64,000 bases of DNA from Eledone cirrhosa. Its lineage: Eukaryota. The notes below the pieces were generated by a model. That model was not told the DNA's origin, ran no database searches, and worked only from the letters and a program-made list of their open reading frames with translations. Location of the stretch: NCBI GenBank assembly GCA_964016885.1, contig OZ024742.1:159278001-159342000 (forward strand). The letters run 5' to 3'. The position numbers were made by a program, and so were the translations under genes. Shown here piece by piece: positions 1-12,967 of this stretch; the stretch's first letter is position 1, and every line of letters starts with the position of its first letter.

Positions 1-138
<138 letters not shown>

Positions 139-139
139 A

Positions 140-420
140 CAAATGGCGGACAACTGAGGCCACATACCGTTCCTCTCCGACAGATAACTTTCCCCCTCGG
201 AAAACCGCTCAGTTGTCGGATGCGAAATCCGAAATATAGGGACAATTAAATCTCTCCCAAGGTAACTCTATCTCGTGTTAATATTTTTATTTTTACGCTC
301 TTTCCTACGTTCCTCTACACACTATACATCTCATTCTACATTTCCTCTTCACCACCGGATTTTGTTACCCGGTGATTTACCCATCTGCATTGTTGAGGCT
401 TCCAAAACGACCAAATTTTT
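140..420 (+). repeat. Interspersed repeat in (TA)n, same family as 5114-5845 (probable PLE terminal-repeat derivative)
   Basis: Shares ccgaaatatagggacaattaaatctctcccaaggtaactct...gaggcttccaaa with 5628-5835. Confidence 0.7.
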
Positions 421-468
421 ATATATATATATATATTTTTCTTCCTAATAATCGTCTCATTCTCCCTG

Positions 469-532
<64 letters not shown>

Positions 533-535
<3 letters not shown>

Positions 536-1143
536 CAAGTCACCAGTTGGTGCTACTGGTGACATGTATCCCAATACAACCTGATTCATGGTCGGGTCGT
601 TGGCGACTAAACTGGCAACCCCACCAAGGTTTCTTGGTGAGGAGGGTTACTTTGGACATCCTGCAGGAATAAAAACAAAACCTGTCAAAGGGCAAAGGAG
701 CTCTTAAGAGTCAATGGCCATCCAAAATCACCGGGAGAGATGACCCCTTAGCCTTTGTCAAGGCAGAATTCTAGGAGAAGGAAAACTCTGATATAACACC
801 TGCAACTCTGATGGTATCCAATGATGTTGACTTGTTCTTCTTTTTGGTAAATATCATCTTGGTTAAGAGAGTGGGACTGGCTTTGTGCAGTGCCTTTGCT
901 CACTATAAAAGCTTCACGGCACAGCCATTCCTTTATATCTGGAGATCTCTCTGCACTTGTCGTTACATGGTACCATGGGCCCAGCACTATGTGTCAATAA
1001 TTGTCACAGGTCTAGTGTTTGTACCAGAGTTTTCAAGTCGCGGGCTGGACTAAGAAGTCACACTCGTTCAGCGCATCGGTGGGGGTTCTCCTACATGTAT
1101 ATAAAGTAGTGTCCGTACTCGAAAACGAGTTGGCAGCCACCAT
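533..1143 (+). mobile_element. Non-autonomous RTE-like retroelement/SINE, ~610 bp
   Basis: Near-identical copy at 45694-46303 and partial copies at 40731-41130. Contains the RTE 5'-type motif ggcaacc...ctaggagaaggaaaactctg and ends gcagccaccat followed by a microsatellite. Confidence 0.65.
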
Positions 1144-1189
1144 ATATATATATATAAATATATGCATCGGTGGGGGTTCTCCTACATCG

Positions 1190-1672
1190 ATATGTGATTT
1201 TCCACATTCCAGAATATTTTTCGCGGATATAGAGGTTATCTCCCTTGCTGGATTCCATGTGCGTTTTCAGCTAGGGTTGTGCTTTTTTATTCGTCTGGAC
1301 AAAGCTCGTTGATAAAGTATTTCCTGTCCGCCGCTCCCTAGAAGTCTTATATATTTTCATGTGGGCTGATAGTGGGCGATTTAAGGATTTACAGAAACCC
1401 AAGAAGCTAGATTTACCATCTTTCTAGTGGGTCCGGGTAAGCTTTTTACATTCATATGATTTATTGATTTATTGATATTTTATCTGAGTGACCCGAATCT
1501 TCCGGATCGTAATTTTTCGGTCGTATGGTTGATTTTAGACATGATCTATGTGTGTTGGTATTTTAACGATAGTTATAGCTCTGATTTATCTGAATTATTG
1601 AGCCCTCTGCCACTCATGTCGAATTTTGTTTATCGTGAACTCGTGCGCCGATTTTTCGATACTCGATTATTC

Positions 1673-1676
<4 letters not shown>
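1190..1676 (-). repeat. Interspersed repeat family, copy of 44350-44840 in opposite orientation
   Basis: Reverse complement matches tagaataatcgagtatcgaaaaatcggc...ccgcgaaaaatatt at 44351-44815. Flanked by (TA)n. Confidence 0.8.
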
Positions 1677-1722
<46 letters not shown>

Positions 1723-1785
1723 TTATATATTTTTATACAATAATAAATATATATATATATATATATAATAAAAAATATATATATA

Positions 1786-1841
<56 letters not shown>

Positions 1842-1887
1842 AAAAATATATATATATAATAAATATATATATATATATAATAAACAT

Positions 1888-1948
<61 letters not shown>

Positions 1949-1982
1949 TATATATAATATATATATAATATATATATAAATA

Positions 1983-2068
<86 letters not shown>

Positions 2069-2075
2069 AACAAGT

Positions 2076-2177
2076 ATGACCCCGACGGCAGAGCTCAAGC
2101 CGTTTCGACGGCTAATTCTGGACTAAATAAGAATTTTTAGCCTGGTAAATAAATAGCCGAACTTCTCAGGGGGTAAT
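2076..2177 (-). ncRNA. Type I hammerhead-like motif, variant core CUGAGAA
   Basis: Stem I ACCCC/GGGGU; stem II CGGCUA/UAGCCG; GAAA; stem III ACGGC/GCCGU; GUC site. Confidence 0.6.
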
Positions 2178-3320
2178 TCCATATATGGGAAGATAGTAAT
2201 TGTCAAAAAGATTGGTTAAAAATTTGTTGTAAAGACATATGATTCTATCATGGCATTTAGTGGAAGGTAGGGGTAGCTGAACTTGCCGGCAGAACAAAGA
2301 GGGAGTGGGGTAAGCCCAGTCAAGCGTTGAAAGTGAAATCTATACAGCAGATTCTAAGGATAGTGTATAGAAGGTCGAAAAAAGTGTACTGGAGAAGGGG
2401 AGGGGGGGGGGGTGAAAAAGTAGGTAAATCGAAAGGGAGTAAACAAACAAGCCATTATAAGGATGAGGAGATAAATATATACAAAAAAAACAAATATATA
2501 AATAATCCAATATATAAAAAAAAAAACAATTTCTGGTTACTATTCCATCCCCACAATCCCAAAATCTCTCATTGGTATTGCTAAGCTATAGAAAAGTTTA
2601 ATAGGTGGATAAAAATGCTAAATACGGGATTGTAGTGAAAGCACTTTATAGAGCCATCTTTACAGGGGGTCTAACACCACTGTTATAGTTAGTAGTATTC
2701 AGCCAATGCTATCTTACAATGACAGGTTAATATGTTGAGGACAAACATACTAAAAAACTAACACGAAATATTATTCAGAATACTAATACAATAAATACTA
2801 ATACAAGAATACCAATGCAGAAATACCACTAAGAAATTTAGAAATCACGGAAATGGAGCAGCAACCAGAAAGAAGGCAATTATCTGGGGTCTAACACATC
2901 TGCTATAAAAAGCGTAATCGGCCAATTCTATCTTAAAATTAGGGGGGGGGGGGGTTCTGAGGCTACAGAGGACCGATGGTCTGCATCGGGGTGGGCGAAA
3001 AGTTGAAAAAAGATAAGACGACAAGGAAGGAGATCTGGGGTGGAAGGACTAGGAAGAGATAGAGGGAAGAAGGAACTATAGAGGAAAATATAAAAAAAAT
3101 ATAAAAAAGTTACGTCTACCTTTGTAAGCAGGGGTTACTCCTTACAAAGTCGGCAAGTGGGGTGTTTCAGCCCTTGTCTACCCCCCCCCGTCATTATGGG
3201 GTTTGAGGGCGAGGTAAGTCCTACGCAGTCTGTGTTTGCATGCAGTTACCAGTTCATCTTTCTTGTTTAGGAGTTGGTCCTTCGAAAACAACATTTGTAA
3301 TGTTTCCTCCGAGCATAAGT

Positions 3321-3584
3321 TACACTACACTCTCGGGCCACATCTGGGACCTCAAAGGTAATAATATAACATACAATCTCACTTGGAGCTTACTGTCCAG
3401 AGCTAACTCTTACACGGGAGGACGCCGTCCGTGTAACTTATGCTCGGAGGAAACATTACAAATGCTGTTTTCGAAGGACCAACTCCTAAACAAGAAAGAT
3501 GAACTGGTAACTGCATACAAACACAGATTGCGTAGGACTTACCTCGCCCTGAAACCCCATAATGACCGGAGGGGGGGGGGGTAG
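3321..3584 (+). pseudogene. GIY-YIG endonuclease C-terminal fragment of PLE
   Basis: TTLSGHIWDLKGNNITYNLTWSLL...CNLCSEE...LLNKKDELVTAYKHR, homologous to 55200-55430 ([13 protein letters not shown]...CNLCLCEK). Confidence 0.85.
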
Positions 3585-4546
3585 ACAAGGGCTGAAACAC
3601 CCCACTTGCCGACTTTGTAATTTTAAGATAGAATTGGCCGATTACGCTTTTTATAGCAGATGTGTTAGATCCCAGATAATTGCTTTCTTTCTGGTTGCTG
3701 CTCCATTTCCGTGATTTCTAAATTTCTTAATGGTATTTCTGCATTGGTATTCTTGTATTAGTATTTATTGTATTAGTATTCTGAATAATATTTCGTGTTA
3801 GTTTTTTAGTATGTTTGTCCTCAACTTATTAACCTGTCATTGTAAGATAGCATTGGCTGATTACTACTAACTATTGCAGTGGTGTTAGACGTCCTGTAAA
3901 GATGGCTTTATAAAATTCTTAGTGGTATTTTTGCTTTAGTATTCTTGGTATTAGTATGTATTAGCATTCTGAATTAATAGTTCGTATTAGTTTTTTAGTA
4001 TGTTTGTCCTCAACTTATTAACCTGTCATTGTAAGATAGCATTGGCTGATTACTACTAACTATTGCAGTGGTGTCAGACGCCCTGTAAAGATGGCTTTAT
4101 AAAGTGCTTTCACTACAATCCCGTATTTAGCATTTTTATCCACCTATACTTTTCTATAGTTTGACAATACCAATGAGAGATTTGGGGATTGTGGGGATGG
4201 AGTAGTGACCAGAAATTGTTGTTTTTTTATATATTTGTTTTTTTGTATATATTTATCTCCTCATCCTTATAATGGCTTGTTTGTTTACTCCCTTTCGATT
4301 TACCTACTTTTTCAACCCCCTCTCCCCTTCTCCAGTACACTTTTTTCGACCTTCTATACACTATCCTTAGAATCTGCTGTATAGATTTCACTTTCAACGC
4401 TTGACTGGGCTTACCCCACTCCCTCTTTGTTCTACAGGCAAGTTCAGCTACCCCTACCTTCCACTAAATGCCATGATAGAATCAACTGTCTTTACAACAA
4501 ATCTTTTACCAATCATTTTGACAATTACTATCTTCCCATATATGGA

Positions 4547-4648
4547 ATTACCCCCTGAGAAGTTCGGCTATTTATTTACCAGGCTAAAAATTCTTATTAA
4601 GTCCAGAATTAGCCGTCGAAACGGCTTGAGCTCTGCCGTTGGGGTCAT
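4547..4648 (+). ncRNA. Type I hammerhead-like motif, variant core CUGAGAA (GUU site)
   Basis: Inverted-repeat partner of 2076-2177 with the same fold. Confidence 0.55.
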
Positions 4649-5068
4649 ACTTGTTCCTATTACCCACTCTACTACCTTAAGTATTGAGTACCTTGGTGCG
4701 TTATGGTCCATCTGGTTCCTTACCACATTTCCTTCGTTATATATATATATATATATGAAATAGATATAGTTTTTTACAATATAATAATTAGAAACATAGA
4801 GAAGTTAAACGCAGCTCAAAATACAGTTATTTATTATAATAAGCAGTACAAAAGACTTCTTTGTAAGAATTTTCCCCAAAAAGCATGTATACAGAATCCT
4901 ATTGTGCGAAAATTAATAATTACACATGAAGCAAATTATTAATTAAAATAGACACCAAATACGTTTTTACATGAAATGGTGATTTACGAACGTACCATAT
5001 AACCCTTGTTAAATCATCCCAGGAAGGGGTGAAACGTTCGTAAATCAGCATTTAATGTAAAAATGTAT

Positions 5069-5113
<45 letters not shown>

Positions 5114-5117
<4 letters not shown>

Positions 5118-5842
5118 AGAGTATTGAAGTTTGCTTGAAGCTTTGTGGAATAATAAGGTAAATTTCTTTAAGTCGTTTGGAAGCCTCGACAATGCAAATG
5201 GGTAAATCTCCGGGTAACAAGATCGGGTGGTGGAGAGAGAGATGTAAGTGGGTGTACGTTGAGATGCGTGGCGTGTATAAGACGTGCAGAGGAATGAAGG
5301 AAAGAGCATAAAGGATAAAATAAAAATAACACGAGAGAGAGTTACCTTGGGAGAGATTTAATTGTCCCTATATATTTCGGATTCACATCCATCAACTGGG
5401 GTTTTTTTCCGGGGTGGGGGAAAGGTTGTCTGTCGGAAAGGTGCGAAACGCGTCCTCCGCTGTTCGTTGTTTTGATATTCAAAACAACGAACAGTTGGTG
5501 TACGTTGGTGTACGTTGAGATGCGTGGCGTATTCAAAACAACGAACAGCGGAGGACGCGTTTCGCACCTTTCCGACAGACAACCTTTCCCCCACCCCGGA
5601 AAAAAACCCCAGTTGATGGATGTGAATCCGAAATATATAGGGACAATTAAATCTCTCCCAAGGTAACTCTCTCTCGTGTCATTTTTATTTTATCCTTTAT
5701 GCTCTTTCCTTCATTCCTCTACACGACTTATACACGCCACGCATCTCAACGTACACCCACTTACATCTCTCTCTCCACCACCGGATCTTGTTACCCGGAG
5801 ATTTACCCATTTGCATTGTCGAGGCTTCCAAACGACTTAAAG

Positions 5843-5845
<3 letters not shown>
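5114..5845. mobile_element. Palindromic (TA)n-inserted element, probable non-autonomous PLE derivative
   Basis: Arms ~5162-5472 and ~5537-5845 are inverted repeats; one arm has an extra tail; TA tracts on both sides. Confidence 0.7.
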
Positions 5846-5905
<60 letters not shown>

Positions 5906-5909
<4 letters not shown>

Positions 5910-6098
5910 AACAAATAAGACCCCGACGGCTGAGCTCAAGCCGTTTCGACGGCTAATTCAGTCCAGAATTAGCCGTCGAAACGGCTTGAGCTCAGCCGTC
6001 GGGGACTTACTTGTTCCTATTACTCACTCTACTACCCTACGTATTGAGTACTTTGGTGCGTTATGGTCCACCTGGTTCCTTACCACATTTCCTTCGTT
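5906..6098 (+). mobile_element. Mini inverted PLE terminal-repeat insertion (family of 2066-4738)
   Basis: ~54 bp inverted arm, then the 3' half of the HHR and a tail, inside (TA)n. Confidence 0.85.
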
Positions 6099-6127
6099 AT
6101 ATATATATATATATATATATATGTATT

Positions 6128-6692
6128 CTAGGGCGGGTAAAATTCCCGAGATCCATGGAGGAGTTCTCTCCAGCGGTCTCTGTCCCTCATTATCGCTGCC
6201 ATGTCCTGCATCTCCAATAGACCAGTGTCTGTCCTTAGGGCATCAACATACGTTAACCTTGATCTTCCTCTTCCAATCTGTCCATGTAGGGGCTCCCACG
6301 GGAGCACTGAGTGCAATGTCAACTCTGGATGTCGGTGAGCATGTCCAGCTAACCTCAGTCTCTTCTGTGTCACTTTTGAGCTGACTTTTGGGATGCTCCC
6401 ATACAGCTCTGAGTTTTTGATCCTCAGTGTATACTGATTAATGTTCAGAGCCATCCTCAGCATTCTCGTGTAGCACCCATCCACCATCTGAGTGAGTTTC
6501 TTGGTCAGTGTCCAAGTCTCAGACCCGTACAGCAGCACAGACTCCACTACAGCAATGAAGAGGCGGATTTTCAGGTCTTTGCGAAGGTCCAACTTTAATA
6601 CCGATCTCAAGCTGTGGCACGCCGCCCATGCTTTGCTCTTCCTCTCAACCACATCATCTTCCGTATTCCCAATCTCTGCTCCCAAATACAGG
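6128..6692 (-). pseudogene. RTE-clade LINE ORF 3' fragment
   Basis: ESVLLYGSETWTLT...RMLRMAL...RLRLAGHAHRH...GRSRLTY...DRDRWR is the typical RTE RT thumb/C-terminal region. Confidence 0.85.
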
Positions 6693-6743
6693 AATATATA
6701 TATATATATATATACATACGCACGCACGCACACACACACACAA

Positions 6744-6835
<92 letters not shown>

Positions 6836-7213
6836 GTTCACCTCAATGTTCTGGTCCAGTATAAAATGATCATCTGTGGTGACTAGCCAATCTTTCAAAC
6901 ATGGCGTCGAACATAGTACTGATTACACGATATGTTATATCATCTTCCCTACTGAACTCCACCCATGATATCACAGTATTCAATCTAACACCCTCCCTCC
7001 TGCTTCTCATTTCTTGACTTCTTCTCTGCTCACACGAATAGTATTCAGAAATGATTTGGCACGTTACACAGCATGTATGTATGTATGTATGTATATAGGT
7101 TGGTATGTATGTATGTATGTATGTATGTATGTATGTATGTATGTATGTATGTATGTATGTATGTATGTATGTATGTATGTATGTGTGTATGTATGTAAAG
7201 GTGTACAGGGCAT

Positions 7214-8023
7214 GTGTGCTCTCTTGCCTGCGAGACCTGGGTCACATATCGACACCACCTTAAGCAATTGGAGCGTTTCCATCAGATGTGTCTCAGACGG
7301 ATCCATGGCGTTCACTGGAGGGACCACATCAGTGATGTCGAGATTTTGGAAAGCTCTATGTGTGACAGTATAGAAGCTCTTGTGCTTAAGCAACGACTCC
7401 GTTGGAATGGTCACCTTGCCAGGATGAAGGATTCTAGAATACCAAAACAACTCTTTTATGGAGAGTTGGTTAAAGGAAAACGACCGCCACATAAACCAAA
7501 AAAGAGGTATAAGGATTCCTTGAAAGCCTCTCAGAAAGACGCTAACATCTCTGCTGATACATGGGAGAATATTGCTGCTGATCGTAATAAATGGAGAAAG
7601 ACTGTATATGAGGGAAAAGTTGCCTTTGAGGCATCTCGAATCGCATACGAGAAAGTAAAGCGGGATGTGAGGAAGGGCATTGTTGTTGCACTTCCAGACG
7701 GCGAGGGTCCTCCTATGGTGCTGACATGCAGCGTATGTGCGAGACTCTGCCTAAGCAAAGCTGGACTCGAAAGTCATCTTCGCAGTCATAAAGTAAGACC
7801 AGTGGTTGACTACCAGGCTGCTGTTGGAGATGCTACTCATCATGCTTGCCAAACATGTGGTAGAGAATGTAAATCAGCAGGAGGGTTCAAGCGACATGCA
7901 AAAGTACACGAACTCCAACCACAGCCGACTATTCCCAGTGAATGCTTTGGTTGCCGACTCTGTGCAAGACATTGTAGATCATTGGCTGGGCTAAAAAGCC
8001 ACATTCGATCGAAGCGCTGTTAG
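7214..8023 (+). pseudogene. RTE/BovB-like LINE 3' fragment with three C2H2-type zinc fingers
   Basis: ACETWVTYRHHLKQLERFHQMCLRRI...RLRWNGHLARM...RIPKQLFYGEL...KKRYKDSLK, followed by CxxC..HxxxH repeats; ends in (TG)n. Confidence 0.88.
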
Positions 8024-8207
8024 TTGCTATCGTGTGTGTGTGTGTGTGTGTAGATATGCTTATGTGTGTGTGTGTGTGTCTAAATATGCTTATGTGTGTG
8101 CGTGTGTGTGTATATATATATGTATATGTATATTATTATTGTTGTTGTTATGATTATTATTATTATTATTGTTATTAATGTATGTGTGTGTGTATATGTG
8201 TGTATGA

Positions 8208-8241
<34 letters not shown>

Positions 8242-8248
8242 ATATGTG

Positions 8249-8293
<45 letters not shown>

Positions 8294-8592
8294 CTTTATT
8301 TTTTTTATTTTTATTTATTTATTATTATTATTTTTTTTTTTCTCCTCGTGCAATGGCCATACTCGATAACGAGGGGGCAGCCATCATGTATGTATGTATG
8401 TATGTATGTATGTATGTATGTATGTATGTATGTATGTATGTATGTATGTATGTATGTAGGTAGGTAGGTTGGTATGTAGATTGGTATGTATGTATATATA
8501 TATAGGTAGGATGGTATATATGTAGGTAGGTATATATGTATGTATGTATGCATGTACGTATACATGGGGTCATATGTGAATATATACTTGTA

Positions 8593-8650
<58 letters not shown>

Positions 8651-8679
8651 CATACGAGTGTGTGTGTTGTATTTTTTAT

Positions 8680-8818
8680 CTATGTTCGGATCCAGTTGTC
8701 TAAACGGCCGGAGCCATCGGGGGTATTGACTCTTTCCCTATTACCACTCTACTACCCTAAGTATTGAGTACCCTGGTGCGTTATGGTTCACCAGGTATCT
8801 TACCACACCCTCCTTGTT
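8680..8818 (+). mobile_element. Diverged PLE terminal-repeat 3' fragment (relative of 4600-4738)
   Basis: Shares actctactaccctaagtattgagtaccctggtgcgttatgg...ttaccaca; degenerate HHR 3' half. Confidence 0.7.
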
Positions 8819-8842
8819 ATATATATATATATATATATAAAC

Positions 8843-9245
8843 GTTTGTATATGTATAATAAAGCCAAAACAATGCAGGTATGGACATAGAATAAAGAATG
8901 CAAATGCAAAAGATATTGTTGACAATTAGTCTTTTACCTTAGATTTATTTAAATGTCCTTAATTTTCGAGATAATATCTCTTCTTTGGAGGGAAGTAAAG
9001 CGGTTAAACCGCAAGCTATTTAGAACACTGGTTTAACCGCTTTACTTCCCTCCGAAGAAGAGGTATATTCTAGAAAATTAAGGACATTTAAATAAATCTA
9101 AGGTAAAAGACTAATTGTCAACAATATCTTTTGCATTTGCATTCTTCATTCTATGTCCATACCTGCATTGTTTTGGCTTTATTATACATATACAAACCTT
9201 TATACCTCATTACACAATGCTTCAAGTGAACTATAACTTCCTCCA
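8843..9245 (+). mobile_element. Palindromic PLE-type insertion with degenerate minimal HHR (9048-9085)
   Basis: Arms 8843-9010 and 9030-9197. Motif ccct-CCGAAGA-agag...ct-GAAA-AT-TA-agg. Confidence 0.65.
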
Positions 9246-9249
9246 TATA

Positions 9250-9305
<56 letters not shown>

Positions 9306-9881
9306 TACACACACACACATATATATATATACACATACACACACAGAGATGTATATATATATATATATGTGTGTGTGTGTATACTTATATGTATGTGTAT
9401 ATATCTGTATTCATGTGTGTCTGTGTGTGTGCGCGCGCGCGTATGTATGCATGTGTGCATATATATATGCATGTATATAAATATGTATGTATGTATGTAT
9501 GTATGTACGTTTGCCTATTTTATAGTGGCTTCTGTAATCGCCAGTTTATCATTTGCGAAGACAATTTGAGAATAAGTTACGTGACTTTAAAGGGTGAGAC
9601 ACTGAAATAACTAATTGAGGTTTTTATTTGAACACGTGTTTAAGATGACAGCTAAATTCTCAGCATTACTGAATTCCTCAAATGGAGGAAAATATTGAAC
9701 ATTAACGTATTATATGATATAGGCATGGCAGGACAGCGGCTCGCTGATTCAATGGAACGGTGATAATATTACTCTTGTGGGTGACGTAAAGACGCCCACG
9801 TTACATTCCATGTGCATTTTAAACCTGGCGGAGTCTATTTCTTTCAAATTCTGAACACAGCAGACACACACACACACACAC

Positions 9882-9985
<104 letters not shown>

Positions 9986-10099
9986 GTCTTTTTGTCTCTA
10001 TGAGTCAAACGGCCATCCAATAGTGTGTAAATATGCGTATACATATATACATGTGTATATATATGTATATATGTGTATACTTGTATGCAAATGTATATA

Positions 10100-10447
10100 T
10101 TTGCGCGGGGATATAGAAATAATTAGGCTGGATACCCGATAGCGCGGTTAAACCACTGGGCGTGAAGGACCCCGAGACTTTGCCAGGGCATTCTTCTAGG
10201 AGAAGGCAACTGAGAAAACTGGGATAATTCCGACATAAAAGCTGCGGCTCAGTAGTTACCGATGATGTTGATCTTTTTCTCTTTTCGGGTTATAGCTACT
10301 GTCGCTCAACGAGTGGGATTAGCTCAGTGCACAGTCTTTCCTCACTTAAAAAAATATCTTCACGCACAGGCATTGCACGATAGAATTAATTGATAATTAT
10401 TAATAATATTATATCATGCAATGACCATTCTCCATAACGAGGGAACA

Positions 10448-10455
<8 letters not shown>
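10100..10455 (+). mobile_element. Diverged relative of the RTE-like non-autonomous family
   Basis: ttctaggagaaggcaactgag...gatgatgttga...gagtggga... and a 3' end aacgagggaacagccatc similar to 1125-1143 and 8345-8385. Confidence 0.5.
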
Positions 10456-10512
<57 letters not shown>

Positions 10513-10519
10513 AAAGAAT

Positions 10520-11057
10520 AGAGGTGTAACATAGAATGAACCAAATCCTATGAACACATGATATCATAAAGAGCAAAAGACAATCTAAGTCAATGAAAAA
10601 CATCCTAACACATGCCAAAGTACTGCCAACCACAACAACGAAACCCACAGTAAAAAAATGCGATAGACCCAACTGTGGCATATGCATCAACCTAATAGAG
10701 GGTTCGGAATTATATTTCAAAGAAGGACAAAGTTTTATAGTAAAACACAATTTCACATGCGCATAAGAAAATCTAATATATGTATTAACTTGCTCAGGTT
10801 GTCGAGAACAATACATAGGCCAGACCAAAAACAGCCTCCGCCAACGCATGACTGTCCATAGATCCCAAATTAAAATACGGGAATACAGGAAAATACCACT
10901 GAGTGAACACATTGATACCTGTGCCGCCCAAAATCATCCCAACTTCAGAATCTTTCCCCTCTACAAATTTAAAGATAATGCCACCCACACCCAGCGCATC
11001 AGCAAGGAATCTCACTTTATTAACAAATATGGACCCCGTCTAAACACTTCTCCCTAA
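10520..11057 (+). pseudogene. Neptune-like PLE GIY-YIG endonuclease (5'-truncated, one internal stop)
   Basis: KKCDRPNCGIC...FTCA*ENLIYVLTCSGCREQYIGQTKNSLRQRMTVH...LSEHI...KESHFINKYGPRLN. Confidence 0.88.
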
Positions 11058-11722
11058 GACGAACCCACAACATACATACGTCAACATACATACCTACATC
11101 AGCATACATCCTACATACATCTCTATCCACATATAAACACAATGACATACGTAAACACACATGTTCTATGGTGCAACACAAATATACACAAATTTGCATA
11201 CCTTTTGATGTCTATAGATATAAACGTGCCGACACACACACATACATATACGCACACATGCATTGCACACTGATGGGCACATACATATTTATACACATGT
11301 ATTCCAATACGGCAGGGCCTAATGGATTCCCCTTGCAGTACGTACAATCTGGACACTCACACACACCTTGGTGTTATGACAATACTATATATCATTTCAC
11401 ACCTTTTATTATTAAGGTTTTTGATGTTCTATTGAGAGAATCGTTTTTACTGAAAATATCGAATAATATACACCATTTTTACCAGTATCACAAAAATATT
11501 GGTCCCCTCCCCGCACGCACACACACATACACACATATACACACACACATATACACACACACATACACACGCGTACACTAACATACAAAGAGACATAAAC
11601 ACACACACACACTTCTTCGTATAAGACAAGAGCTGAAAAATAACTTTTAACATGTTAAAATATCCCCCACACACATACAGACACATTCCTACTGTCCGAT
11701 CCCTCTACCACAAATTACTCTG

Positions 11723-11811
<89 letters not shown>

Positions 11812-12409
11812 TCTTAATAGGCACCTGAGCTGTTGACCTGTCAACATGACTGCAATTCACACACACATCCCTACTGACCATTATCACAACAATGAACCTC
11901 TTTACTACTACACACACACACACACACACACACATATTTGTCTTGAAAGAATTATTTTTCAGTGACTTCTCAATCAGCCGAGACAAACCTACATTTGGCG
12001 CAAAATCAATCTTTAACATTCACATGACCTCTACCGACCAATCAAAATTTGAAACTTATTTTAATACATCTGGAGCCACTTTTTTCACATAAAACAGGTA
12101 GAATTTCCAAAACTAATCAGATTAGAGCAAACATCACGGGTGCTCTATCTCAAAATTATTTTTGAAAAGCATTAGAAATGCGCAACCAGTAAAAACTTAA
12201 AACCAAAACTGAATACTAACCAATACTTATTACTAATTTTTACTTATTCCTTATTAAACTATTTTTCACTGGGAACAATTTGTCAGCATTTTCTTTTCCT
12301 TTTACCAATATATATATATATATATATAAATTGATGAGCAGAATAAACAAACATTAAACAATCCTTTAAATAAATTCAAAAACAATTTAAATATCTACCT
12401 GTTCATAAT

Positions 12410-12488
12410 GCTATTACCGGCGGTTTCCATCCACAAAAGATTGGAAATTCGGAGAATTTCCAACGGAAAGTAGATTTCATCAGATAGC
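12410..12488 (-). ncRNA. Type I hammerhead ribozyme, canonical core
   Basis: GCUAU-CUGAUGA-stem II (AUCUAC/GUGGAU plus UUGGAAAUU/AAUUUCCAA)-GAAA-CCGCCGG-UA-AUAGC. Confidence 0.85.
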
Positions 12489-12888
12489 TATTTCCTTTCT
12501 ATAGGACATATGTCCCATGGTCCGAAAATATAATGCTAACTACCAGCTCGTATGAGTTATAGCCGTTAAAGTGACCCATACGTGACCTGGCCACTAGAGC
12601 AAGCGGGAATATTATAGACTTGTTGATGGCTTGGCTGCTAAAAAAATAGCAGTAAGCAACAACGAATTTTTTTCTCTACATAGATTGGAGAATATATAAA
12701 AATGAGGTAAATATCTCACTGAGTACTAAGTACACATTGAGATATATAGGGTGTCTATAATACAATTGTTGTTCTATGGTACTAATTAGAGATACCAGAA
12801 CTATAAAAATTGATGAGCAGAACAAACAAACATTAAACAATCCTTTAAATAAATTAAAAAACAATTTAAATATCTACCTGTTCATAAT

Positions 12889-12967
12889 GCTATTACCGGC
12901 GGTTTCCATCCACAAAAGATTGGAAATTCGGAGAATTTCCAACGGAAAGTAGATTTCATCAGATAGC
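12889..12967 (-). ncRNA. Type I hammerhead ribozyme, canonical core (second tandem copy)
   Basis: Identical to 12410-12488. Confidence 0.85.

Larger units (their letters stand above)
2066..4738 (+). mobile_element. 5'-truncated Penelope-like element (Nematis-like) forming a ~2.6 kb palindrome
   Basis: Arms 2066-3325 and 3431-4659 are inverted repeats. The centre encodes a GIY-YIG C-terminus. The right arm has an extra 3' tail to 4738. Both ends lie in (TA)n. Confidence 0.85.

Noticed and set aside
1205-1275. CTGAAAA...GAAA motif on the minus strand
   Set aside because: Weak stems, and not conserved in the 44.7 kb paralogue.
1626-2098. Long YI/HT/CV-repeat ORFs here and throughout the track
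   Set aside because: Translations of (TA)n, (CA)n and (TATG)n microsatellites, not genes.
5420-5645. HHR-like halves GAAACGCGTC (5445) and GAAATATATAGGG (5630)
   Set aside because: No convincing YUGAnRA core with a matching stem I could be placed.
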